Notes: generated by a model not told the origin, from the letters alone. 46,900 bases of DNA from an uncultured virus (IMG/VR IMGVR_UViG_3300027861_004723) (IMGVR_UViG_3300027861_004723), one strand, 5' to 3'; counted from the first letter of the stretch, positions 9,302 to 19,220 are shown. Program-made: numbers and translations.

Positions 9302-9883
9302 CTCAGGCGCAGGCGAAGCCGAGCCAGCCAGTAGTGATAGCCGCAGGCGTTTTTCAAGCCTTTCAGGATTGCATAAAACGCTAGAGGACTAAGATGATTG
9401 CCAAAGAGTGAACAATGAGCACTAATGCCATTATTGCGCTAACAAAGCTAGAAGACGTTTTTCGTCGGTGCTCGGCCACTATTTTGGCGTCTAATGACGT
9501 TGCTATCTTGCTCGTGAGCGTTTATGAGGAAGCCGGTTACGAGGTTCCTGATCGCTTAGTGCAGGAAGCCGACAAATACAACAGCAGTGATAACAGGTAG
9601 GAGCGGAGAATATGATTCACGTTTATTTCACTGACGGAACCGAAAGTATCCACAATACCGTGCAAGAAGCGCAGCAAAATGTGGAAGAAACCATCCTGGG
9701 CTGTGATTTTGCGGTTAGTGTCGAGCAAATTTGCGACGATAATGGCCGTAACTACGCCTGCAACTGGTCGGTAGCTGTTACCCTGGAGTAGCCGCTATCC
9801 CTTGACAGCAACAAACAACAAACATAGAATACACTCTCAACCAACAACGGACACGACGCGGATAACCGCAGCAAGAGAAAACA

Positions 9884-10156
9884 ATGGGTAAGAGCACGAG
9901 TAGCGAAACTAAGGTCAAGCGAGGGCCGGATTTGACCTTGCAAAAGGTCCGCAAGGCGCGGCGCTGCCTCCAAAGCGCGGGTCGTCGCGGCCTTGAGGCG
10001 TTCCTGGGCCACAACCCCGACGTTAAGTCGAACAAGGTCGTGGTGTCCCTTACCAAGCGTGCGGAAGCGTTGCCCGTTCGCCCGCCCAAGGGTAAGCGCG
10101 GCCCCAAGCAGCCCTCCCAGCGGAGCAGCCCCGAGGAGCAGCCTGTTAGCGCATAG
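9884..10156 (+). CDS. Small basic hypothetical protein
   Basis: Promoter 9802-9830; GC3-rich coding pattern. Confidence 0.7.
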   Translation: MGKSTSSETKVKRGPDLTLQKVRKARRCLQSAGRRGLEAFLGHNPDVKSNKVVVSLTKRAEALPVRPPKGKRGPKQPSQRSSPEEQPVSA

Positions 10157-10303
10157 CGCAAGCTAGGAAAACCCACAGAGCCGCCTAACACCCACGGTCG
10201 ATAGGGCGTTGTTAGGCTACGCGAAGCATAACAGTGAAAACAGCAGCATTAAGTTGGCGAAAGACTGTTAGGCGGCTCGCCACAAAACATAGAAACGGCA
10301 ACC

Positions 10304-10636
10304 ATGAGTCTCAAAGTTGATAACTACGATACGTCGATCCCAGTAAAGGATCTTATCAGCCAGGCTCGCTGGCAGTTGGGAGAGCCCGTATGGCGGCTAG
10401 CTGGTCCTGAGATAGCAGCTTTTATCCGTAGTGAGGTTCAGGACGCTCTGCGGGATGCCTTTTACAAAGCTGAGTCGCTTTATATTGACAATATGGTCAA
10501 GCAAGCCGACCAATCATCCCGAAACATGATGAACGCGATTCTGGCTGGAGCAAACCTACGTCTTACCGACGAGACTGATATTGATAAGTCTGATATTGAC
10601 GTTTTTGCCAACCAAAACATTCCAGAAGGCAAATAA
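10304..10636 (+). CDS. Hypothetical protein
   Basis: ORF after a structured intergenic region. Confidence 0.7.
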   Translation: MSLKVDNYDTSIPVKDLISQARWQLGEPVWRLAGPEIAAFIRSEVQDALRDAFYKAESLYIDNMVKQADQSSRNMMNAILAGANLRLTDETDIDKSDIDVFANQNIPEGK

Positions 10637-10814
10637 ACATGAGCGCAGACGCACGAACCTTGATCGATGGGTATGGCGATGACCTGGGCTGGAGTGATTC
10701 CAGTAAGATTGACCTACTCTGTGACTACATTAACAACCAGCAAGACGGCTCCTGCCTCAATGATTTTCTGGAGCGACAAGCCCAGGAAGAAAAGAGTTAT
10801 GATGAGGATTAGTT

Positions 10815-11051
10815 ATGCCCCAAGTACGTAAAACTGTTATCACTTTGACGGTGCTATCAGCCGCCGATGCTGACGCCCCTGATCCTGCCTATAGCAGTCT
10901 TGAAGAAATCACTCAACAGATGGATACAGGCTGTTTCCTGGGTGATTGGATTGCACAAAGTAGTAGCATCCTCCCGGCTGATAAAGTCGAGAATGAGTGC
11001 GTCAAGCTGGGAAACGATGGTAGTTTCTTTGATCTTGACGATGAGGACTAG
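10815..11051 (+). CDS. Hypothetical acidic protein
   Basis: GAGG SD; ends at promoter. Confidence 0.7.
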   Translation: MPQVRKTVITLTVLSAADADAPDPAYSSLEEITQQMDTGCFLGDWIAQSSSILPADKVENECVKLGNDGSFFDLDDED

Positions 11052-11091
11052 CATCCCTTGACAGCAATGAGCTTCTTGGTAGGATGATTTT

Positions 11092-11163
11092 TCAGCCCTA
11101 GCTCAATAGTAGAGCAGCTCCCTGTTAAGGAGATGGTTCCGAGTGCAAATCTCGGGGGCTGAG
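11092..11163 (+). tRNA. tRNA-Asn(GTT)
   Basis: Acceptor TCAGCCC/GGGCTGA, D arm GCTC/GAGC, loop CTGTTAA, T arm CCGAG-TGCAAAT-CTCGG; CCA not encoded. Confidence 0.85.
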
Positions 11164-11172
11164 TGAAAACAA

Positions 11173-11310
11173 GTTTCTGCCTGGGCGTTGTGCCCTAAAT
11201 AGAGGGATGACACTAACGGGTTGGGGACGTGGAGGAAAAGCGGGTGTCTGTAAAACAATACCGCTATAACAAAGCGTTGCAGGGGGCATCATACCCTGCC
11301 AGAAACACCA
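11173..11310 (+). ncRNA. Enlarged tRNA-Tyr-like RNA (138 nt) with expanded D domain
   Basis: Acceptor GTTTCTG/CAGAAAC + ACCA, loop CTGTAAA on an extended stem, T-like arm GCAGGG/CCCTGC. Confidence 0.6.
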
Positions 11311-11489
11311 TACAACTTGGGGGACTATGAGCAATCCTGATATGCAGCAAAAGCTACTGGCCGCGCAGGAGCTACTGCAAGACGATCTAATCACGTTTCT
11401 GGATGGGTTGCCTTCGGACACTGTTACTCACGCTTGTGGTCTAGTTATTGAGAGGTTTAAGCCTCTTTTTGACGAATCGAGCGGCATGA

Positions 11490-11831
11490 ATGAGTAATAG
11501 AGGCGCACCACGAATCTCAAAGCCAGCCAGGACCAAGAATACCTACTACGTCTTTCGTCGTAATGATGGTTATGTTTCTTCGACGTGTGGTAGTCCAGCT
11601 AAGGGCTGGACTGGTACTAATGGCAAAGTTACTACTTTTGAGCAGCTAGGCCAGTTTACCGACTGGGGAGACGCTTACGCGCTTATTGCTAAAGAGCGCA
11701 GGGATACACAGAGTTTGCGAGGCTTACTGCCTAAAGGTGCTTGGCAGGGCGAGGGGGAGCCCCCAGCCTCTTTCGTTCTAGGCTATTTTGGCTTACCTTA
11801 TCAGCCAGGAAAGCGCACACCTATTTCCTAA
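11490..11831 (+). CDS. Hypothetical protein
   Basis: ORF ending just before the promoter at 11843. Confidence 0.7.
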   Translation: MSNRGAPRISKPARTKNTYYVFRRNDGYVSSTCGSPAKGWTGTNGKVTTFEQLGQFTDWGDAYALIAKERRDTQSLRGLLPKGAWQGEGEPPASFVLGYFGLPYQPGKRTPIS

Positions 11832-12307
11832 TCGCCTATCTATTGACAGAAAAGTGGCAAAGAGCTAAGATCAAAGCTCGAAGCAGGGGCGGGCCTGACA
11901 GCCCATAAGGAGCTACCATGATCCAGCTAGCGTGTTTCCTCGACGGTGGGCTTTGTATCTACCTAGCAGCAATCAGTGTCCCGTCCCTGCTGGGGTGGTT
12001 GGGCTTTAGGCGCTTTTGCAAGAGCGGCGATTGCAGTAATCACGACCACTAATGAGGCGAACTGTTACCAATCTGCTAACACGTCTGGCTCCTATTGTTG
12101 CTAGTCGTAGTATCAAGCTAGAAGGCTTGGACGACGCGGAATTACGCTCGTTACTGCTAGCTCTACAGCATATTGAGCAACGTATTAGTCGTGCAGAGCG
12201 AAAAGCCAAACAGCCTCAAACCAGCAACCTTGGCGTAGGTAGCCGGTATCCCTTGACAGGAAAGTGTCTGAGGGCTAAGATCAAAGAACAACGCAGGGGG
12301 CGACAGA

Positions 12308-12793
12308 ATGTCAGCAAAGACTGAAATCCGGGGACCAGGGTTCAAGCTGTTCAATAACTTGAGCGGCACAACCCATATTGAAACCTCTGAGGAGGCGCAA
12401 CAGATTGGTAACCTCCTAAACCTGAAATCCTCACCAACAGCAACGCTTTTGTCGGTGACTTGGGAGCCCACGGTTTATCAGCCGGATAACGACGACGACC
12501 CTTTTAGGGATTTGACTGTCTCTGAGCGGGATCTGGTTGTTTTTGATAGCCCTGCTATCACTCTAGGCTGTAGCATCAGTGACTACTGCGGCGACGGTGA
12601 AACAACGGAGCATCAGGCCCCGAATGGTAAGAACTTTACCGTGCGCGATATGGTAAAGGCTGTTTGCGAAAACCAGCAGCAAACCCGTGGACAAACTGAT
12701 TGGTTCGGTGGAATTGATGTTCACCATATCTACTTTGAGGGCTTGAACCAGTCCGAGGGTAGCGATGTTTGGACTATCTCCTGGGGCTCCTAA
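12308..12793 (+). CDS. Hypothetical protein
   Basis: Promoter 12253-12281, G-rich SD. Confidence 0.8.
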   Translation: MSAKTEIRGPGFKLFNNLSGTTHIETSEEAQQIGNLLNLKSSPTATLLSVTWEPTVYQPDNDDDPFRDLTVSERDLVVFDSPAITLGCSISDYCGDGETTEHQAPNGKNFTVRDMVKAVCENQQQTRGQTDWFGGIDVHHIYFEGLNQSEGSDVWTISWGS

Positions 12794-12860
12794 GCCCTAA
12801 CTAGCCCTTCTCTTTACAGGGATCTCAGCCCGTGCTACCTTATGGGCAGTGGAGGAAAAC

Positions 12861-13139
12861 ATGGCGACCAAGCAAAAGAAGATCATCACCTGCCAGCAGC
12901 CCAGCGGTTGCGAGCGATCCCTGGGCGGCGGGTCCAGTAGGCTCGACACCGAGGAGCTTAACGCCCCAGCGCATTGTGTACTTTGTGGTACCGTCGTATG
13001 CGACGACTGTGTGGCGACCTTGGATAACATTCCGGTTAGTGAGTTTCCGAAGAAACGGCAGCCGGTTACCCGCGACCCCAGCACTACCCACGTTTTCGGA
13101 TGGGTGTGCAGCGATCATTTCAACGAGGACTGGGCCTAA
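12861..13139 (+). CDS. Zn-finger-like hypothetical protein
   Basis: Promoter 12813-12841, GGAGG SD, CxxC pairs. Confidence 0.75.
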   Translation: MATKQKKIITCQQPSGCERSLGGGSSRLDTEELNAPAHCVLCGTVVCDDCVATLDNIPVSEFPKKRQPVTRDPSTTHVFGWVCSDHFNEDWA

Positions 13140-13561
13140 TGCTTGAATTGCGTAATATCACTGATAGCACGCCTAAAAACGCTGCTAGTCTGGCGTGGGT
13201 TGACGTTACCTATGACGGGGCATCGGTTTTCGAGGTTGTCTACCAGAGTGACGCAATCTGGGAAGCTACTGCCGAGTTGGTAACAGAGGAAAATCAAGAG
13301 TGTTATCTCGGTTATATCACCGATCAGGACCGCTTTATTGTTGGTTTTGATACATGGGAAGCCGAGGACGATGGTTTCGGTTGGCGTGACCCCGATAAGG
13401 GCAACAAGGCTAGTGTGCTCTCTTTTGTCCTGCACCAAGGCAAGATCATTGACGTTCGGTCTGTTTCTGGCATGAACCCAATGTTCTATGGCACTGGTAA
13501 TAGCAACCTCAAGATGTTGCACGAGCGGTTCCCAACCTTGTTTGATATTCGGCTGGATTAA
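13139..13561 (+). CDS. Hypothetical protein
   Basis: TAATG coupling, GAGGA SD. Confidence 0.75.
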   Translation: MLELRNITDSTPKNAASLAWVDVTYDGASVFEVVYQSDAIWEATAELVTEENQECYLGYITDQDRFIVGFDTWEAEDDGFGWRDPDKGNKASVLSFVLHQGKIIDVRSVSGMNPMFYGTGNSNLKMLHERFPTLFDIRLD

Positions 13562-13910
13562 AGTGGCAAAGTCACAAACCAATCAGAGTAACAACGAATA
13601 CTGGTCGGCAGTAGACTCCGGTTATTGCTATTTGTGTTCGGCTCGTTTGCCGGATACCCCGAATGGCCCCTGCTACCAATGCCTAAAGAACGGCTAATAT
13701 GAAACTACACGTAAGTAACGTCTGGCTGATTGTGGATACATCAGCGGTTAATGACGCTGATCCTCAAACCGCACAGGAGCGAATCACTTTTGTGAAGGAT
13801 GCCATTAGCGAGGTTAATATGCGTCTGAACGCTAGAAACCTTGGTATTAGCATTGAGGGTTTTATTGAAGATGGGGATATTAGAGTCTCTTAGTAGAAAA
13901 CCGGATTACC

Positions 13911-14240
13911 ATGAATAAAAAGACCCTTGGCTTCCTTGTAGGAGCAATCTTCCTTCAGCTTCAGCTTCTATTTGTTTTTAGGGCTCTCCCTACAAAGGTA
14001 GAGCAAGAACAGCAACAGCAAATCCCTGGATTGCTCGCGGCTGGGCCGGAGATTGTGCCTTTGGCAGTCAAAACAGTATTGATTACTAACGGTGAAACCA
14101 CGATTCTGCTGGATCTTACTACAGGCAAGTGGCGTCATGCGAATTATCACAATGATAGTGGCGACATTTTTGTAGATGCAGGTTGGTCATACAACCCCAT
14201 TAAGATCAATGGAATCTCTGTAGATCCCGACGACGACTAA
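13911..14240 (+). CDS. Membrane-anchored or secreted hypothetical protein
   Basis: N-terminal KK plus hydrophobic stretch. Confidence 0.65.
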   Translation: MNKKTLGFLVGAIFLQLQLLFVFRALPTKVEQEQQQQIPGLLAAGPEIVPLAVKTVLITNGETTILLDLTTGKWRHANYHNDSGDIFVDAGWSYNPIKINGISVDPDDD

Positions 14241-14302
14241 ACATCTCTTGACAGGATCTACCTATCCGTGCAAGATACTGCTTGCAACGGCAAGGTAAAG
14301 AT

Positions 14303-15568
14303 ATGATGATTTTTGATGAGCTACAGGCACGGGGACTGATACACCAATTCACTCTCCCTAATCAGCTTAAAATGTGCGAGTTTCTAAGCACTACTCAATG
14401 TCTCTACGCCGGATTTGATCCGTCTGCCCCTAGCCTGCACGTCGGTAACCTGATTCCCCTATTGTGTCTAAAGCGTTTTCAATTAGCTGGACACCGTGTT
14501 ATTGCGCTTGTCGGAGGAGCAACAGGACAGATTGGTGACCCAAGTGGGCGATCCAGTGAGCGTAATTTATCCAGCTTGGACCTTGTTCAAGTTAATAAAA
14601 CAAAGATCATGGGGCAGCTTAGTAGCCTGCTGGGATCTGGAGAGTTAGTAGACAATCTCGACTGGCTAAAGGATATGTCTTTACTAGATTTCTTGCGTGA
14701 CATTGGTAAGCATTTTACCGTGAATACCATGCTTCGCAAAGATTCGGTAAAGAACCGTCTTGTGAGGGACGGAGACGGGCTCTCTTTTACAGAGTTTAGT
14801 TACAGCTTACTACAAGGGTTTGATTTCCTACACCTTTCTCGCACACGAGGAGTCAGCATACAACTTGGTGGTAGTGACCAATGGGGTAATATCACGGCTG
14901 GTACGGATCTTGTCCGTCGAGCGGATAACAAGACTGTACATGGTATTACTTTCCCGTTGCTCACTAACAGCGACGGTTCCAAGTTTGGTAAGAGCGCAGG
15001 AAATGCGATCTGGCTCGACCCAAAACTTACTAGCCCCTTTGATTTCAGACAGTTTTGGGTTAATACTGACGATGCTGATGTGATAGCAAGGCTTCGCCTG
15101 TTCACCTTTTTGTCTTTAGACGAAATCAATGAGTTTGTTGCTGGGCTAAAAACAAACCCAGGAGCAGCCCAACGAAAGTTGGCTAGAGAAATGACTGTGT
15201 TGGTTCACGGCACAGAAATTGCTGATAGTGTTGAACAAGCAGCGGATGCACTCTTTCGGAATGATCCTACATCAATCCCGGCAGCAGTCTTAGTAGACGC
15301 TCTAAAAGAAGCACCGAAAACTGTTATCAGCAGGGCTGCACTAGAGGCTGGGATTCCCCTTATTGATCTGATAGTTAAGACCGTTCATAAAGGCGCACAG
15401 GCTCGTGGTAAGGCCAGACGTGAGATTGAGGTAGACAAATGCATCTCCCTCAATGGTGTTCGACGGGTGAGCGGCCCAGCGCAAGTAGGCTTGGCGGATC
15501 TGTTGCATGATAGATTCTTAGTTATTAAGAAAGGTAAGCGTTCTTTCTTCTTGGTGGAGGTGTCTTGA
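14303..15568 (+). CDS. tyrS: Tyrosyl-tRNA synthetase (bacterial type)
   Basis: YAGFDPSAPSLHVGN (HIGH), GGATGQIGDPSG, QLGGSDQWGNI, KFGKS (KMSKS), C-terminal S4-like domain ending KKGKR. Confidence 0.97.
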   Translation: MMIFDELQARGLIHQFTLPNQLKMCEFLSTTQCLYAGFDPSAPSLHVGNLIPLLCLKRFQLAGHRVIALVGGATGQIGDPSGRSSERNLSSLDLVQVNKTKIMGQLSSLLGSGELVDNLDWLKDMSLLDFLRDIGKHFTVNTMLRKDSVKNRLVRDGDGLSFTEFSYSLLQGFDFLHLSRTRGVSIQLGGSDQWGNITAGTDLVRRADNKTVHGITFPLLTNSDGSKFGKSAGNAIWLDPKLTSPFDFRQFWVNTDDADVIARLRLFTFLSLDEINEFVAGLKTNPGAAQRKLAREMTVLVHGTEIADSVEQAADALFRNDPTSIPAAVLVDALKEAPKTVISRAALEAGIPLIDLIVKTVHKGAQARGKARREIEVDKCISLNGVRRVSGPAQVGLADLLHDRFLVIKKGKRSFFLVEVS

Positions 15569-15599
15569 CAGAAACTTGCTACCCGGTTAGGATGCTCGT

Positions 15600-15884
15600 A
15601 TGACATTGAAGAAGCAACGTATGCGCTTGGGGAAAACAATCCGCCAAGCTACAGGAATCCCTTTTAGGGAGGCTATCATTCTTGCAAAGATGGTAGTTGC
15701 TGGATGCACCCTGGAAAACTTGTATTCGGAGAGTATCCAGCTTGGCTCCTTTGAGTCTTTTGGCACTACCCAAGTCTCTGATACCAAGATAGATGCGTTG
15801 GGCCGGGTAGAGGTTGCTATTGGGCCTGACGGCTGTTTTTGGGACGGGCGGATTGTTGGTCCGCGAGGAGTTTACAATGGGTGA
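15600..15884 (+). CDS. Hypothetical protein (leaderless); resembles 24598..24831
   Basis: ATG 6 nt after the -10; LGKTIRQATGIP vs LAKTIRSETGVP, both ending in GPRG. Confidence 0.7.
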   Translation: MTLKKQRMRLGKTIRQATGIPFREAIILAKMVVAGCTLENLYSESIQLGSFESFGTTQVSDTKIDALGRVEVAIGPDGCFWDGRIVGPRGVYNG

Positions 15885-16591
15885 GCAAGGTATTACTACA
15901 GGGCTCGTGGGCGACGATGATCTTGAAGATAGCACAGCTTCAATCGAGATTTTGGCGCGTCTCGACCAACTGATTCAACTTTTTGGTGATACCAAGGGGT
16001 TGGAAGATAGCAGCTTTGACTGTTGTAACAATAGCGGCTCTCTAGTCTTCAAGTTTGGTGGTCGGCTTTGGGCTGTTAGCAGTCTCGACATTGCGCCGTG
16101 TGATTAGATGAACATAGCGGGTTTTACTGAGGGCGACAAAGTAGTTGTCTGCAAGCCAACACCGGGCGGGTGGAGCGACACTGATACCAAGGTTATTGAG
16201 TCGCTTCTAGGCAAAACTGGAGAGATTACAGAGTTTGCACAACTGCGCGTATACGTGGAGTTTGATCCTAGCGATTGGGGAGGGGGTAGGCATCAGGGCT
16301 TTGGAGAATGGCTCACTGTCTACGATATTCAAAAGGTTGATGGTTGATGCATGGAGAAACTACGCCGCATGGCGCTGGGACCGTTTCCTAAGACGGAAAC
16401 GCGGGGACCATCACGCCCGCAAAGATCGCTGCGCTTATGTGTTAGACGCTAGCATACCTCTAGTATGCCCGCGCACCCTAAAACGCGGAAACAAAGGCCC
16501 TTATTGTCCGAAACATCAACGTGTTTGGGACCGCGACATCTCTGGACAGTAACCGGCTACAATGCTACCTTATGGGCAGTGGAGGTAAAAG

Positions 16592-16879
16592 ATGGAAATG
16601 CAAACTGGCGTAGATTTCTGGACAGTGCATGGGGGATGGTTCGTATTCTTCCTGTTCTTCTTTCCCCGGCTAACACTGCTATTTTCAAGTGTTGTCTCTG
16701 GTGGGTTTCTGTGGTGGCTGGGTTGGGTGCTTGCTCCCCGATTGTTGACAGCTATCCTGGCTACTTATGGCTTTTGGAACACTAACCCTGTTCTGGTTGT
16801 TTTGACGTGGATGTGGGCTTTGGGTGGTGAGAGCACAGAAAAAGGCACAGCCAGCAAGAGCGGTAAGAGTAGCAGTTAG
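16592..16879 (+). CDS. Small integral membrane protein
   Basis: GGAGG SD; three hydrophobic segments. Confidence 0.8.
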   Translation: MEMQTGVDFWTVHGGWFVFFLFFFPRLTLLFSSVVSGGFLWWLGWVLAPRLLTAILATYGFWNTNPVLVVLTWMWALGGESTEKGTASKSGKSSS

Positions 16880-17148
16880 CTACGTCTCTTGACAGTAAAC
16901 TGCTACCCGGCTAAGATGCAAACTCAACAGGAGCGAGCAGCATGAGCAACACCGAGCGTCAATACGGACTCTTTTCCCGCCCCAAGGGTAGCCCCAAAGG
17001 CACTCGCTGGACTCGCGTTTTCCCGAATATCGGGGGTAACAAGCGGTCGGTGGTGGTGCGCGGCCAAAGCGTTCTAATCAATGCTTGCTTTAGCGGACCG
17101 GACGTGATTGAGGTTCGCCCCCTGCCTAAGCAACGGCAGCGGGCCTAG

Positions 17149-17308
17149 CATGGCTGATACTGATGACCTACTTGGCGGTCACTGGGGCAAGCATCCACGT
17201 TGGCCGGTAGAAGATTGGCAATATGAGGTTGCTAACGGTGATACCAGGCTTGGTTACTGGGACTGGGTAAACAACATGCTTGATATTCATGGTGGTCGAG
17301 AAGGGTAG
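17149..17308 (+). CDS. Small phage protein (WQYEVANGDTRLGYWDWV)
   Basis: ATG MADTDD start; motif recalled from phage hypotheticals. Confidence 0.65.
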
Positions 17309-17576
17309 ATGAGCGACAACGATGTAATGCAGGCATTATCAGTATTAAAGCGTCATGGTCGCTTGGATGAGTCCATGTTCTTTGGAACAGGGCAAGACCG
17401 TGGCACCGATAAAACTTTCTTTTTGCCCGACATTAGCGGGATTATGAAAAACAAAGACAATAAACTATGGATTTATGGGTGCGGTGGGCACCAAGGGAGC
17501 GGAACTGATCTCGACTTTGGCTCCGACAAAAAAAAGCGAGATGCCTTCATACAAAAATGGAAACTGGCTCGCCTGG

Positions 17577-17648
17577 CAGCAATGCTATGCTGATCTGCAT
17601 ATCTTTACAGATCAGCAATGCTATGCTGATCTGCATATCTTTACAGAT
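17577..17648. repeat. Exact 36-bp tandem duplication
   Basis: CAGCAATGCTATGCTGATCTGCATATCTTTACAGAT x2, spanning a stop codon and a -35 box. Confidence 0.95.
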
Positions 17649-17682
17649 AGAGGATGTAAAGCTATACTGTTCTAACAAACGA

Positions 17683-17753
17683 CGCGCAGAAGTCTACGAG
17701 TACGACGCTGGCCTCATAAACCAGAGAATCGGGTGCGACTCCCGGCTGCGCTA
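17683..17753 (+). tRNA. tRNA-Met(CAT), divergent, initiator-like 1:72 mismatch
   Basis: Acceptor CGCGCAG/CTGCGCT, D GTC/GAC, loop CTCATAA, T arm TCGGG-TGCGACT-CCCGG; own promoter 17640-17668; no CCA. Confidence 0.7.
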
Positions 17754-17995
17754 TTTGGAGCTAACATGAATCCAGACCTTAATCCGACTATTACCGTTTC
17801 GATGTCCTTTCGTATTATCTGCCGCCCTCTCTTTGAGAAGGCTGTTGCTGAACTAGACATAGAGTCTGAGGCGTCTGATAAAACTAAGGTCGAGGTGTTA
17901 GTAACACATCTTGATGTTTTGGCCCATACTCGTAGTGTTGCAGAGATTGGGTGGAACGACGTGGGCTTGAGTAAAGTCTATAATGGGGCAGGCTA

Positions 17996-18613
17996 ATGAC
18001 TGAACAAATCATAGTAGGAAATGCTGATATTGTTACCGCGTTTGCGGAACAAACTATTGGCACCAAGGTACTCGACCGAAAGGGTTTTGACGCTCTTTTG
18101 TTGGATGCTATTGCGAACACTGATTTTGCGAAGCAGGATATTCCTGGGCAGGCGTTTATCAAGCTAAATGAGAGCGTAGTTAATATGCTTTCTCCGGGTG
18201 TTGCTACGCGCAATGAGGCAGACCAGCCAGAGGATTTCGTCATTAGGCGCTACCGCGAGGGTTGCAAAATGTATCTGCGTCGGTCAGTAGCAGAGGCTCA
18301 AGGCCGGAATAAGGCAACTGGTGGCGCGATTGTCGTCTACACAGCGCCAGGCTATCTGGGTGACCCGGATTTGCAAGGCGAGACGACTGCAATCCTCAAC
18401 GAGCGCCAGAGGGTAATCGAAAACGGATATACGCATATTCTGGTTGCTGTTTTGGGCTTTAGTGGGCCGGATTCACCACTTACACCCTTTCGCTTTGTAC
18501 ATAACCTTGCAGGAGGCAACAGGGAGGCCCAAATCTGGTCCGCTAGCAAGATTCGCCGCAAGGCTAAGGAGATCATTGAGTTCGCTAACAGTTATGTTCT
18601 AGTAGCGGATTAA
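17996..18613 (+). CDS. Conserved hypothetical protein (possibly DUF3228-like)
   Basis: 205-aa ORF; VVY...ILVAVL...PLTPFRFVHNLAGGN pattern; family assignment is recall only. Confidence 0.6.
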   Translation: MTEQIIVGNADIVTAFAEQTIGTKVLDRKGFDALLLDAIANTDFAKQDIPGQAFIKLNESVVNMLSPGVATRNEADQPEDFVIRRYREGCKMYLRRSVAEAQGRNKATGGAIVVYTAPGYLGDPDLQGETTAILNERQRVIENGYTHILVAVLGFSGPDSPLTPFRFVHNLAGGNREAQIWSASKIRRKAKEIIEFANSYVLVAD

Positions 18614-18625
18614 GGCAAAAACAAA

Positions 18626-18668
18626 AACTCGTGGATCACTTGACACGAGTTGGCGGCAGAGGTATAAT
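18626..18668 (+). promoter_or_regulatory. Perfect consensus promoter overlapped by inverted repeat AACTCGTG/CACGAGTT
   Basis: TTGACA 18640-18645, 17 bp, TATAAT 18663-18668. Confidence 0.85.
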
Positions 18669-18829
18669 GCCCCTGTGGAACCTGAATCTAAACAATATGA
18701 ACATGAAAACTGCGATTCTGGCAGGATTTACGAGCATGGCGGGTGCCCTTTGTGCCCGCCGCCTGTAGCTTGTTATTGCCCTAATTGCAGTATTTCGTGG
18801 GATTAAACATCCCTAACTGCAAGTGACTA

Positions 18830-19219
18830 ATGACCTGGTGGACAAAGAAAACAGTAAAAGAATTGGAAGAAGTGGTTGGGTATCACATTGATACTTGTCC
18901 CGAGTGCCAGCGGTGCCTAGAAAGCCCGCCGCCCGACGATGATGACAATGATGAGCCCTACTTTTGCCCGGAAGGCGAGGAGCTAGTAGAGGAGTTTTCT
19001 GATGCTGAAACCTACTATTCTTGGCAACACAGTTTCCCAGGAAATGATCCTAACTACTCCGAGTTTTGTCCGTGCAATTCTTGTTTCATCCAAACAATGA
19101 CACGTTCGATTGATCCTGCTAATTCCAAACTGGAGAAGCGTATCAAGCGTATCAAGGGGCTCAAGAAAAGAAACAAGCAGCGAAACAAGAAGAACAAGAA
19201 AACCAAAAAGAAAACTTGA
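18830..19219 (+). CDS. Cys-rich protein with Lys-rich C-terminal tail
   Basis: ORF composition. Confidence 0.7.
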   Translation: MTWWTKKTVKELEEVVGYHIDTCPECQRCLESPPPDDDDNDEPYFCPEGEELVEEFSDAETYYSWQHSFPGNDPNYSEFCPCNSCFIQTMTRSIDPANSKLEKRIKRIKGLKKRNKQRNKKNKKTKKKT

Positions 19220-19220
19220 T

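Noticed and set aside
18697..18816. TAG stop-codon reassignment
   Set aside because: Many well-defined genes in the window end at TAG and the long conserved genes are uninterrupted; the standard code fits
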